From a plasmid: a stretch of 64,000 nucleotides of DNA. Below the pieces are notes generated by a model that did no database searches, was not told the DNA's origin, and saw only the letters and a program-made list of their open reading frames with translations. The stretch lies in NCBI RefSeq assembly GCF_057098645.1, contig NZ_JBXSPU010000002.1; one strand, 5' to 3'. The stretch's first letter is position 1. The number at the start of each line of letters is the position of its first letter. Below, one piece after another: positions 42,356-54,087 of this stretch. The translations under genes and the position numbers were made by a program.

Positions 42356-43291
42356 ATGTTTAATGAAAGTGATGATAAAAACTTTGTTAGTGCAATGCTT
42401 AAATGTCAACTTGGCCTGAATATAAGCCAAGAGGATATTACAATATATGACAAAGAAAATCATTTTGAACAACTTTCTTTTAAAGCAAATGTGGCGCTTG
42501 ATGATTTGTTATTTTATCTGGATTTATATATATCAGAATTGATTAAGCATAATGCGCCGTATTCTGAAACTGAAGTCCTTCGGACTAAAATCAAATACTT
42601 TCTTAAAGTATATGAAAAGTCTGGTTTTCAGAACATAAGAATTCGCGGTTATCATAACGCGCACAGTACTATAGATATTGTCGATATCGCATCATTAATA
42701 TTGGCGGGGTCTGTACCGGAGTCTGAACATGATTCAATAGATCCTGTTTTAAGAAAGGAAATCTATCAAAATCGCATGAGTGTTGAGGGTAAAGTTCTCA
42801 TTGCCCGTTTTGCACTTAAGCAATTTTTCCATTCTGATTTTGGTGATTTCATCTTAGAGTTCGAGAAAAGTATCTCCAAGTGTTTGAATACTTCTCTCCA
42901 GATAATTAAATCTGTAAAGAACTCATTTAACCGTTTAGGTCAATATCAATATCAGCGTCGTGTAAAAGATGACCTGACTTTGCATCTTGATTTGAATACA
43001 GATGAATACCCGGCCTGTATGCCAGACCTTTACATCGGTTTCAAGGAGTCTGAAGGGACGACGGGAGTGTATCGCGATGATGAAAAAATCATTCGTCTTT
43101 ATACTGGCGTTAGTTCCGGAAAGGATGTTCCTGTAATGATGACCGTTCGATTCACTGGCTGTGACGGGAGTGTTTTGTCTGAATCATCGCACGGTACTTT
43201 CTGTTCCGTGGGACCTACCGGCCGAGTGCAGGTTTGTGACAGAGTTGCGTTGGTCCAAGAAGCGGTCGAAGAGTTACGGGATGTTGTTTAA
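42356..43291 (+). CDS. hypothetical protein, tandem paralog family member 4 (311 aa from MFNESDD...)
   Basis: clearly paralogous to member 5 (VEGKVLIARFALKQFF vs VDGQVLIARFALEKFW and N-terminal FVSAML vs YVRAVL); AGAGGAAG RBS 5 nt upstream. Confidence 0.6.
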   Translation: MFNESDDKNFVSAMLKCQLGLNISQEDITIYDKENHFEQLSFKANVALDDLLFYLDLYISELIKHNAPYSETEVLRTKIKYFLKVYEKSGFQNIRIRGYHNAHSTIDIVDIASLILAGSVPESEHDSIDPVLRKEIYQNRMSVEGKVLIARFALKQFFHSDFGDFILEFEKSISKCLNTSLQIIKSVKNSFNRLGQYQYQRRVKDDLTLHLDLNTDEYPACMPDLYIGFKESEGTTGVYRDDEKIIRLYTGVSSGKDVPVMMTVRFTGCDGSVLSESSHGTFCSVGPTGRVQVCDRVALVQEAVEELRDVV

Positions 43292-43407
43292 CCCTTGTTT
43301 TTTACCTCTTCATTCCAAAAAGTAACTTTGTTCTACCAAATGACCGCGCTACCTATTCTGATCAACTTGCAGGAAAGAATGGCGCAGTAGTACATATTTT
43401 TAATCCA

Positions 43408-43443
43408 CCCACTGGGGAAGTCGCTCCCCTGTGGGGCACTTCC
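43408..43443 (+). promoter_or_regulatory. GC-rich hairpin element (family member)
   Basis: CCCACTGGGGAAGTCGCTCCCCTGTGGGGCACTTCC; ACTTCCT can pair with the AGGAAGT RBS downstream. Confidence 0.6.
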
Positions 43444-43467
43444 TTTAATAATCCTGAGGAAGTGAAG

Positions 43468-44424
43468 ATGACTAATTCTACTGATAACCAGAACTACGTT
43501 CGTGCAGTACTGGCAGGCATTGGTATTGATTTTGATGAAACAGAGATGTTTATCAGTGTCTCTCATTGCCAGAGCGACGAAGTTTCGTTTACATGCAGTA
43601 TATCAGCCAGTGAGTTAAGAGAATCTGCGGGGCATTATGTGGATACTCTTAATGATACCCAACTGGCTGGCCTGGATGCGGATGCACTCAAGAAGCGACT
43701 GGTTTACTTCCTTGAGGTTTTCGACCTGGTTTCCGGTCAATATCTGGATATTTCCGGTAAACATTTCGCGACCAGCCGCTTTGAATACGACGATGTCTGT
43801 AGTGAGATCCTGAGTAACTCTGCGGACAGCGCCCAGCCAGGTGGCTATGATCGTGAAGAGTACAAAAGACTGATGGAAGTTGATGGTCAGGTTTTAATCG
43901 CCCGATTTGCACTGGAAAAATTCTGGGATACGCATTTTATTGGGCTTATCAACTATGTATCAGATGAAATAACATCCGGGCTTTATGAGGTTTATCGCAC
44001 GTTCAGTGATATAAACATGGCCGGTTATACATTTAGTGAGTATTCATATACGCGTCGTATTACCGACGAACTTAGTTTGCATATTTCACTTAAAGAGGAC
44101 GATTTCGAAGAGCAATTAACCGATTGTTATATGGATGAAACAACGCTGCCGTCTGGCAAGGTGGTTTTACGCCGTAATAATGAATCAATTATTGGGATTT
44201 ATGAAGGATATGCTTCAAAATCTTACTTTCCTATGGTTGCTAATGTTAGAGTCCTTGATACAGATGGTGAAGTTGTTACTGAACTTTACCAAGGGGTGAA
44301 TGTATCAGAATTAGCTGGTGGTCGGATTAAAATCCATGACCGTCAGGAATTAATTTCTGAGGTGTTCGCTAACTTACGTGAATTCATCCCAGCATCAGAG
44401 GATAAAATCTTTGATGCGGCATGA
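43468..44424 (+). CDS. hypothetical protein, tandem paralog family member 5 (318 aa from MTNSTDN...)
   Basis: paralog of member 4; last gene before a rho-independent terminator. Confidence 0.6.
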   Translation: MTNSTDNQNYVRAVLAGIGIDFDETEMFISVSHCQSDEVSFTCSISASELRESAGHYVDTLNDTQLAGLDADALKKRLVYFLEVFDLVSGQYLDISGKHFATSRFEYDDVCSEILSNSADSAQPGGYDREEYKRLMEVDGQVLIARFALEKFWDTHFIGLINYVSDEITSGLYEVYRTFSDINMAGYTFSEYSYTRRITDELSLHISLKEDDFEEQLTDCYMDETTLPSGKVVLRRNNESIIGIYEGYASKSYFPMVANVRVLDTDGEVVTELYQGVNVSELAGGRIKIHDRQELISEVFANLREFIPASEDKIFDAA

Positions 44425-44471
44425 GTCCTGAAGGTTGAATTATATATTTTCAGGTTTTTATACTTCTAAGA

Positions 44472-44500
44472 AGGCACGGTTATCCGTGCCTTTTTTTTTG
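44472..44500 (+). terminator. rho-independent terminator after the paralog array
   Basis: GGCACGGTTATCCGTGCC hairpin followed by T9. Confidence 0.75.
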
Positions 44501-44836
44501 CTTTCGTCAAAACTTGCATTGATTTCACAATTTTACAACGTTCTTACTGCCCTATATGTTTTACGGTACTGTACTCTTGGCACCGTTACATGTAAGCCTT
44601 CCATTACCTTCTTCAACCAAACCTAGCCTAATTTACATCCTTCCAGCTGTTTCCTTCTCTGCTTCTTTTACTCGAATGTTTTGCCCCTTGCTGACGTTTC
44701 CGGCAGCACACAGTCCGAATGCTGGAGCCTCCAAATTACTTTTTACTTCTTTTGTTTCGGTTTCGCGAAAATAGGTCTCTTATCTGAAAAATGGATCGTT
44801 AGAGATTTGTATACTGTTTAAAACAAAGGAGTCACT

Positions 44837-45106
44837 ATGCCTGCCACTACAATCCTGAGCAATAACCCTGTGAATTCGGTCTTCTCTAATGACAATAGCC
44901 ATTTCACATACCGGCATATTGATTTCAGTATTGAGCTACTGCTTTCTTCAGGAACTGACTCACAACTGGAATATCTGTTTCTCAAACCGGCGGCTGAAGT
45001 AAAGATCGATTTACAGCGCCGTTTAGCTAGTGGGGAACGTTACGTTACAACCGAGAGTTGTGACAATTTTAGCGAAGTTGATGGCTGCATGGGACACGAT
45101 TGCTGA
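44837..45106 (+). CDS. hypothetical small protein
   Basis: 89-aa ORF with AAGGAG RBS. Confidence 0.35.
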   Translation: MPATTILSNNPVNSVFSNDNSHFTYRHIDFSIELLLSSGTDSQLEYLFLKPAAEVKIDLQRRLASGERYVTTESCDNFSEVDGCMGHDC

Positions 45107-45160
45107 GGACTTTATAACGGCAGGCGTCCGATTTAATACAACACGAGACACTATCACCTA

Positions 45161-45751
45161 ATGATGACTGAATCGTTCTTTGACTGGGTTGTGTATTGCA
45201 TCACAGGCGTAATACTGGCATCTGCGTTCCTCGAAGGAAAAAGAACCCGTTTTCCGGCTGCATTTTTTTACGGAAGCATTGTGCTGCTGGTCGTTTTGAT
45301 AGTGGCCGGTGCCCTCAACTGGTGGTTCTACCGTTCTAAATTCGGCTCAGTTGTCGTTATTTTTGCCGCGACAACGCTGTTAATGACCCGATTCAGATTG
45401 GTTATTTATGCGTTCAGGTTTCGGACGCTGGTGGCAGATCTCCAATCACATGTAGCCAAGGGATTCAGGATAATCCTTGTCTTACCCGAAAATGAAGACG
45501 AGAAGACCGTTTTGCTTAGCAAATTGTCGAAAGTGATACATTCTGGGACGTTGTTTTATACCCGAACAGCTCTGGGTCCATATTCTGGGGATCTCCTGCA
45601 TGCTCTGGGACAAAAGCACCGAAATGGCGAGGGCTATCTGCTTCTTTGTGAGCAACAACTTCCGGCTCGAACCTGGCTAAGCACTGTAGAAAACGGTCAA
45701 CCAGAGAAGTCTATTGCAGTTAATTTTCATTCGATCCCTGATATGGAGTGA
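45161..45751 (+). CDS. membrane protein (several TM helices in N-terminal half)
   Basis: 196-aa ORF; hydrophobic segments VVYCITGVILASAF, FFYGSIVLLVVLIVAGALNWWF, VVVIFAATTLLM. Confidence 0.45.
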   Translation: MMTESFFDWVVYCITGVILASAFLEGKRTRFPAAFFYGSIVLLVVLIVAGALNWWFYRSKFGSVVVIFAATTLLMTRFRLVIYAFRFRTLVADLQSHVAKGFRIILVLPENEDEKTVLLSKLSKVIHSGTLFYTRTALGPYSGDLLHALGQKHRNGEGYLLLCEQQLPARTWLSTVENGQPEKSIAVNFHSIPDME

Positions 45752-45758
45752 TACCCCT

Positions 45759-46016
45759 ATGAGCAATACAGATTCACAGACCGTACCAGCTGATGCCCTG
45801 TGTGAAAACAGTTCTCAGGTGAAAATTCAGCTAAGTCGAAGCGCCTCACGAGCATTGACGACGGCGAAAGAAATTCTTGAAACCCGAGGGCTGGTATCCG
45901 TATCCACTGAAGACCTTGTTCAGGCCTGTCTCGAAGAAAATCAGCCACTCGACCTGGCAAGTATCTATCTTGAGCACCGGCTAAAACAGAAGGGAACCAG
46001 TATCTGTGAATTTTAG
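45759..46016 (+). CDS. hypothetical small protein
   Basis: internal start MSNTDSQT... of ORF 45714..46016. Confidence 0.35.
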   Translation: MSNTDSQTVPADALCENSSQVKIQLSRSASRALTTAKEILETRGLVSVSTEDLVQACLEENQPLDLASIYLEHRLKQKGTSICEF

Positions 46017-46174
46017 TGTTTTCCAACCTATTGGGGAAATTCCGGAATGTGTTTATATAGCTGTAAGTAAAGCACTGCGTATTCCGCTCTATTCGATCAC
46101 GGATTGGCATCGAAGTCCGATCAGCGATTCGCATCCATTCGATCAACCGGGAACTTAACTTTTTCTACCGCTTT

Positions 46175-46930
46175 TTAACGCGTTTTTTCGCTGCTTTCCA
46201 CTACCGGGGGATTTTTCCTCAGTGACTCTCCCTGAAGGACCACTCGGTGTGAGTTATGTACCAGTCTGTCCAGGATGGCATCTGCTGTTGTTGGGTTCTC
46301 CATCAGACCATGCCATTTATCTACCGGGAACTGGCTTACCACTATCGTGCTGCTTTGTCCGTAACGATCCTCTATGAGCTCCAGAAGGTCATTACACTGG
46401 GCGTTACTTAACTGTTCCAGCCCCAGATCGTCCAGGATTAGAACCTGTATTTTTTGCAACTGTTTCAGATATTTCAGCCAGCTGCCATCAACACGTCCCT
46501 GAGCCAGTTGTTCCAGTAATCGCCCGGTTCTACAGTACCGGACGCTGTGTTTCTGTCGACATGCCTGTTCGCCCAGCGCATTGGCTATCCAGCTCTTGCC
46601 ACATCCTGTCGGACCGGTTATCAGCAGGTTTTTCCTGTGGGTTATGTAGTGGCCGTTCAGCAGTTCTCTCATCTGTTCAGCCCGCAGACCTCTTGAGGCC
46701 GGATAGCGCAGCCCTTCCGGTGTTGCCTGGTATTTCAGGCCGGCATTTTTTCTCAACCGTGCCACACGGCTGTTTTCCCTGCTCAGAAGCTCGTCATCAA
46801 CCAGCAGCGTCAGCCTTTCCTCGAACGACAGTTCGTCGTAGGTCTGAGGCGTTTCCCGCTGCCGTATCAGGCTCCCGGCCATCGCCGGGAGTTTCAGTTG
46901 GGTCAGTTTGTTTAACAGGTTATCACTCAT
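46175..46930 (-). CDS. istB: IS21-family IstB ATPase (copy 2)
   Basis: identical to 29888..30643 product. Confidence 0.85.
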   Translation of the reverse strand: MSDNLLNKLTQLKLPAMAGSLIRQRETPQTYDELSFEERLTLLVDDELLSRENSRVARLRKNAGLKYQATPEGLRYPASRGLRAEQMRELLNGHYITHRKNLLITGPTGCGKSWIANALGEQACRQKHSVRYCRTGRLLEQLAQGRVDGSWLKYLKQLQKIQVLILDDLGLEQLSNAQCNDLLELIEDRYGQSSTIVVSQFPVDKWHGLMENPTTADAILDRLVHNSHRVVLQGESLRKNPPVVESSEKTR

Positions 46931-46946
46931 ACTGTTGTTCCTTCTG

Positions 46947-48512
46947 TCAGTGGTAGTAGCCCGGACCACGCAGGTTTTCATGCTCTGAAGCATATGCCGG
47001 ATGTTGTTCGCCCTGGCGGGATAATGGAAGCTCCAGGTTCTCCCGATGGTGACGCAGCAGATTGTCGATAAAGCGTCTGTCAGGGGCGTTATAGTGCAGG
47101 GCAACGTAACAGGCCTTTTCCAGCCGTTCCGGGCCGTATTTTTTCTGAAGTGCCAGCAGCCCCAGAACTGCACGATAAGCCAGTTCCGGATGGGGTTTTG
47201 CCTTCAGCATGGATTCAACCACCCGGCCTGTGGACGGGCCCGTACGTTTTCCCTGCTCGATCAGGCGTTCCGGTGTCCATGTCCCGTGCTGCCGGTGGCG
47301 CTCTGGCATGTGAAGCGGATTGGTTGTGTGTTTATATTCATGTGTGCTGCGCGGATGTTGCGCCACACACTGCCCCTTGTGCCAGAGCTGTACCACCGAC
47401 TGCCCCGCCTTCAGTGACAGACGCTGACCGACCAGTTCGTGTGGAACGGAGTACCAGTGACGGGCATATTCAACGTGGTAGTCAGGGCCAACCTTCACAG
47501 CTTTGTATTCCGTGTATTCATAAGGTGCCAGAGGCAGCGGAGAGAGTGCTGGCGCATCCAGTATGCGGAAGCGTTCTGCACGGGTTTGATTGCCGTACCC
47601 CTTCATTGGCCGGTTATTCATGTCTGTCAGTAACTCCCTAAGGCGCGCATTCAGCGCCCTGAGCGTGTGGAAGGTTTCATTACGGATGCGGGCAAGAAGC
47701 CATCGTTCAACGATGAGGACGCCGTTTTCTGCTTTTGGTTTATCTTTAGGTTTGCGTGGTCGGGCCGGGATGATAACCGTGCCATAGTGCTCAGCCAGTG
47801 CCTGATAACTGTCGTTGATGACAGGCTCATATCGATCGGCCTTTTTCACTGCGCTTCTGAGGTTATCGGGGATGAGCAGCTTCGGTACGCCGCCCAGGAA
47901 GGTCAGGCAACGGCTGTGGGCATTTAACCATGACATCATGTCCTGACCTTCGCACGCTTCAACGTAGGTATAGTTGGACGCCCCCATTACGGCCACGAAG
48001 ATTGCCACGCGGCGTATCTCACCGGTGTCCGGATTAATAACAGGAACCGTAGGACCACAGAAGTCGATAAAAAGCTTTTCGCCGGCACGATGCTCCTGGC
48101 GCATGGAGAGACGTCGCGTTTTTTTCCACTCCCGGTAGCAACGGCAGAAGTGCGAGTATCCCATCGCTTTGTTACCCGCCTGTGCCTTGTATTCCATCCA
48201 CAACAGTTGCCGCGTCACACCTGGTTTTCTCATTTCCGTATCGAAGTACAACATGTCAGGCATTACAAGCTCTGATGCAAAGGTGTCTTTGGGCGGAAAA
48301 ATGAGTTTCTCCAGCGTGTCATGGGATATATCAGCAGGTAATGGCCATGACAGAGAAGAGGCTTTGAAGCGGGCAAGAACCTCAAAAACGGTTGAGGCGC
48401 TGATGTGTAACGTCAGTCCGATACAACGGTTAGTCAGCTTCTTGTCGAACTTGAGCTGAAGGATCTTAAAACAGGTTTCCATAGTGCTCCTGGATTTTCT
48501 CTTTCTGGACAT
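46947..48512 (-). CDS. istA: IS21-family IstA transposase (copy 2)
   Basis: identical to 28306..29871 product. Confidence 0.8.
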   Translation of the reverse strand: MSRKRKSRSTMETCFKILQLKFDKKLTNRCIGLTLHISASTVFEVLARFKASSLSWPLPADISHDTLEKLIFPPKDTFASELVMPDMLYFDTEMRKPGVTRQLLWMEYKAQAGNKAMGYSHFCRCYREWKKTRRLSMRQEHRAGEKLFIDFCGPTVPVINPDTGEIRRVAIFVAVMGASNYTYVEACEGQDMMSWLNAHSRCLTFLGGVPKLLIPDNLRSAVKKADRYEPVINDSYQALAEHYGTVIIPARPRKPKDKPKAENGVLIVERWLLARIRNETFHTLRALNARLRELLTDMNNRPMKGYGNQTRAERFRILDAPALSPLPLAPYEYTEYKAVKVGPDYHVEYARHWYSVPHELVGQRLSLKAGQSVVQLWHKGQCVAQHPRSTHEYKHTTNPLHMPERHRQHGTWTPERLIEQGKRTGPSTGRVVESMLKAKPHPELAYRAVLGLLALQKKYGPERLEKACYVALHYNAPDRRFIDNLLRHHRENLELPLSRQGEQHPAYASEHENLRGPGYYH

Positions 48513-48716
48513 TGACGTCTCCACTGGTTTAAACACGGCAATGGAGACTGTGGTGAAAAGAGTTAATTCCCGGAGTGACTGGCAGGATGCCAATCAATGA
48601 TCGGAAGCATGCCAAATCGTGATCGATTGTGATGCCAAACTGTGATCGGAGATGGATGCCAAATCATGATCGATTCGAATGCCAAACTGCGATCGATTCA
48701 GATGCCATTTTGCAAA

Positions 48717-49021
48717 AGTGGCATCGCCAGTCCGACCGGTACATTATCCACCCGGTGAACTTTGACCAGGTCACTGTTATCAATAATCAGCACCGATGTG
48801 CGGACATTAACCAGCAGGCTGATAAGCACAAACACGGCCACCCAGCCCAGCAAATCCATCACGTTGTGCCGCTGTACCCACATCACGGCCACCGCGAGAA
48901 CAGACAATGTGAGCGCAATTTTTTCAATGGAATCCCACGTCCTGGTTCCCATAAAGGCGGCAATGGCGTTCAGGTTATTCCGCAACCACTCACCACCGGC
49001 AATCACATAAACTTCATTCAC
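48717..49021 (-). pseudogene. traG: traG 5' fragment (F-type transfer gene) truncated by IS21-family insertion
   Basis: ORF 48698..49021 begins MNEVYVIAGGEWLRNNLNAIAAFMGTRTWDSIEK..., recognised from memory as the N-terminus of F TraG; frame runs into IS sequence after ~100 codons. Confidence 0.7.
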
Positions 49022-49904
49022 AGCGTGCTCCCTCCGAAGTGATAGTTGTTCTGGTAACGACTGAGCATGCGGGCGGAAAGCTGCTGACGCATGTAGCTCA
49101 TCTGACGATCGACAACCAGCAGCGCATCCTGCTGTACCTGCACCTGTGACTGAAACGCCGCAATCTGCCGGGTGGCATCATTCATGTTGTCGTTAATATG
49201 TTCGATAACTGCTTCGTCATAATTTCCTGTGGCCACCATCGCCCGGGCCTGCTGTATCAGCTCCTGAATGTACTGCAGCAGGATGTCGTAACCGATATAG
49301 TCCGTCAGCTGGTAAATCATACTGTTGGAAACACCGAGCATCTGCGGGTCAACCAGGTATTTGAAGACGGGGATGGTGGTACTGGAAATAAAGCCTTTTT
49401 CCTTGTCATCCAGAGGCGTGTCACTGACCGCCTTGTTCTGAATGCTGGCCAGAAGTTTAGTAATCTGAGACTTCAGTGCATTATCCCGGCTGATGGTCAC
49501 CGGTGTGTCTGCCACCACTTTCAGGCATTTATCAGAATCGTTGCAGTGATAAATTTTTGCTGTGCCGCCTTCCATCATGGCCCGGATAATTGAGCGGTCA
49601 GTGGTTCTGGCTGACAAGGGTGTGATTTCGCCGTTAGGACCAAACACCAGTGAGCCGGTCAGCGTCATCACAAACTCTTTCAGCTCTTTGTTGCCGTCAA
49701 ACATTCTGTTTTTGGAAAGCGCATTCCACATGATGTTGATGTTTTTGGTCACCCGCTCCTTATCCTTGTCGCTGGCTTTATCCCTGACACTGTCAGATTT
49801 CCCGCCAACGGTACATCCCTGCCGGGAAGCCGCCCAGTCAGCAAAAATATTGCTCTCACCGGCAATGTCCTGACAGACTTTCTGCTGGGACACCTGCGTC
49901 CGGG
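49018..49904 (-). pseudogene. traH: traH 3' fragment (F-type transfer gene), 5' end replaced by IS629
   Basis: ORF ends 4 bp inside the traG start as traH does in F; upstream part interrupted at the IS629 end (49905). Confidence 0.55.
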
Positions 49905-49946
49905 TGAACCGCCCCGGGTTTCCTGGAGAGTGTTTTATCTGTGAAC

Positions 49947-50837
49947 TCAGGCTGCCAGATCATCGTTTCCGATGGAAGCATAATAAGCTTTTTCTGCTTC
50001 TGCCGGGGGAGTATGGCCCAGCCTTTCCAGCAATCGTCGATTGTTATACCAGTCCACCCACGTGAGTGTGGCCAGTTCCACTTCTGCACGGTTTTTCCAG
50101 CTCTTACGGTGTATTACCTCCGCTTTGTAAAGACCATTGATGCTCTCCGCCATCGCGTTGTCATACGAGTCACCTGTACTCCCTGTTGATGCCAGCAGTT
50201 TTGCTTCTTTTAGTCGCTCCGTATAGGCCAGTGATACATACTGAGAACCTTTATCACTGTGATGGACTGTGCCGGACGGCCGACGGGCCCACAACGCCTG
50301 CTCCAGTGCATCCAGCACGAATGTTGTTTCCATGGATGATGAGACCTGCCATCCCACGATGTATCCGGCGAACACATCAATGATGAACGCCACATAAACG
50401 AAGCCCCGCCATGTGCTGACGTAAGTAAAATCAGCCACCCACAGCTGGTCAGGTCGTTCTGCCACGAACTGACGGTTTACGCGGTCGCCTGCGGCAACGG
50501 CTTTCCGGCTGATGGTCGTACGGACCTTTTTACCCCGGAGAACACCGGCAAGTCCCATAACTGCCATGAGACGTGCCACAGTGCATCTGGCCACTCTGAT
50601 ACCTTCCCGTAACAACTGACGCCAGACTTTACGCACACCGTATACCTGGTGATTTTCATCGTATACGCGCTGTATCTCTTTCTTCAGCCAGTCATCGTGC
50701 TGCGCACGGGCACTGCGTTTATCCGGATGATGTCGCTGTTGCTGACAGTGGTAATACGTTGACGGGGCAATATGCAGTTCGCTGCATAGCGGTCCGACCC
50801 CGTACTGCTCACGCAGCTTATCCAGCAGTGGCATCAT
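49947..50837 (-). CDS. IS629 OrfB (DDE transposase domain)
   Basis: IS3-family integrase-core ORF. Confidence 0.85.
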   Translation of the reverse strand: MMPLLDKLREQYGVGPLCSELHIAPSTYYHCQQQRHHPDKRSARAQHDDWLKKEIQRVYDENHQVYGVRKVWRQLLREGIRVARCTVARLMAVMGLAGVLRGKKVRTTISRKAVAAGDRVNRQFVAERPDQLWVADFTYVSTWRGFVYVAFIIDVFAGYIVGWQVSSSMETTFVLDALEQALWARRPSGTVHHSDKGSQYVSLAYTERLKEAKLLASTGSTGDSYDNAMAESINGLYKAEVIHRKSWKNRAEVELATLTWVDWYNNRRLLERLGHTPPAEAEKAYYASIGNDDLAA

Positions 50838-51160
50838 TTTTTCCAGAGGCGGTCGAACTCCGCCTTCGCAAAATAAGCGGAAGCCTGGCGAAGGATATCG
50901 TTACTGCGGCGCAGTTCACGATTTTCACGCTCCAGCTCTTTCAGACGCTGACGTTCAGCGGTGGTGAGCCCGCCATCACCGCCCCCGGTATCCCGCTCAT
51001 GCTGGCGAACCCAGACACGCAGAGTCTCCGGCGTACAGCCAATCTTTGGAGCAATGGAACAAATTGTCGCCCATTGTGAGTCATATTCATCCTGACTTTC
51101 CAGAACCATACGAATCGCCCGCTGACGGACTTCGGGGGAAAAACGAGTATTTTTAGTCAT
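50834..51160 (-). CDS. IS629 OrfA (HTH/leucine-zipper)
   Basis: [23 protein letters not shown]... Confidence 0.85.
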   Translation of the reverse strand: MTKNTRFSPEVRQRAIRMVLESQDEYDSQWATICSIAPKIGCTPETLRVWVRQHERDTGGGDGGLTTAERQRLKELERENRELRRSNDILRQASAYFAKAEFDRLWKK

Positions 51161-51271
51161 CCTGTTTACCTCTTTCTCAGGGAGTTTAGTCTCCAGGATT
51201 TCCGGGGCGGTTCAGCCATAAAGTTATGTTCCTGACGTATGTATTCGTCCCGCAGGAATCAACCAACTGAT

Positions 51272-51661
51272 TTATCTGAATTTATCATGCCCCTCAACTC
51301 TGATTTTATTCATCTTGTTTACCGAATCGGGTATATCTGATAACTGTCCCGATAAGACTTTTTGTTTCGCCAGCATAATCTCTTTTTCAAGCTTTTGAAG
51401 TTCTTTTATATAGTCATTCTTCCCTTCTTCATCAGCCGGTGAAATGCTCTCAGGAAGACGCTTCATTGACTCATCTACAGCATCATCCATTCTGTCAAGA
51501 GCTTCAAGAAGCTCCTTTTTATCCATTGATGACTGAAGTACACTCATATTCCTTGCAAGAACTTGCATGCTTTCATCAAGTTCTTCTGCCACTGTAATCC
51601 CCCCACACAAAAAATATAATGCCATACCACAGCTGATTATAACTTTATTGCTTTTCTGCAT
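51272..51661 (-). CDS. hypothetical exported protein downstream of katP
   Basis: 129-aa ORF with N-terminal hydrophobic signal-like segment; charged helical remainder. Confidence 0.45.
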   Translation of the reverse strand: MQKSNKVIISCGMALYFLCGGITVAEELDESMQVLARNMSVLQSSMDKKELLEALDRMDDAVDESMKRLPESISPADEEGKNDYIKELQKLEKEIMLAKQKVLSGQLSDIPDSVNKMNKIRVEGHDKFR

Positions 51662-51704
51662 AATTTCTCCTTCATGAGGGAGGTGCCCTCCCTCATCAGT
51701 TTTA

Positions 51705-53930
<2,226 letters not shown>

Positions 53931-54087
53931 TTAAGGGAAATTCGCATGTTGTATACAAAAGTCAACTTTATTGATGCAACAGGATATACCTATTGCTGGG
54001 ATAGATACTACAGACAAAAAATACTAAGGGGTTCCAAGCCGCAACTGAACCGCCCCGGTTTTCCTGGAGAGTGTTTTATCTGTGAAC

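Larger units (their letters stand above)
46076..48716 (-). mobile_element. IS21-family insertion sequence, copy 2 (inverted relative to copy 1)
   Basis: identical istB (46175..46930) and istA (46947..48512) ORFs on the minus strand; same terminal repeat arrays. Confidence 0.8.
49905..51214 (-). mobile_element. IS629 (IS3 family, 1310 bp), copy 1
   Basis: ends TGAACCGCCCCGG...CCGGGGCGGTTCA; orfA 50834..51160 and orfB 49947..50837 in -1 frameshift arrangement. Confidence 0.85.

Noticed and set aside
44501-44836. ~340 bp non-coding gap after the paralog array considered as a small RNA gene
   Set aside because: No convincing promoter-plus-terminator pair or conserved structure is visible by eye; more simply the promoter/leader region of the downstream ORFs. 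Left unannotated.
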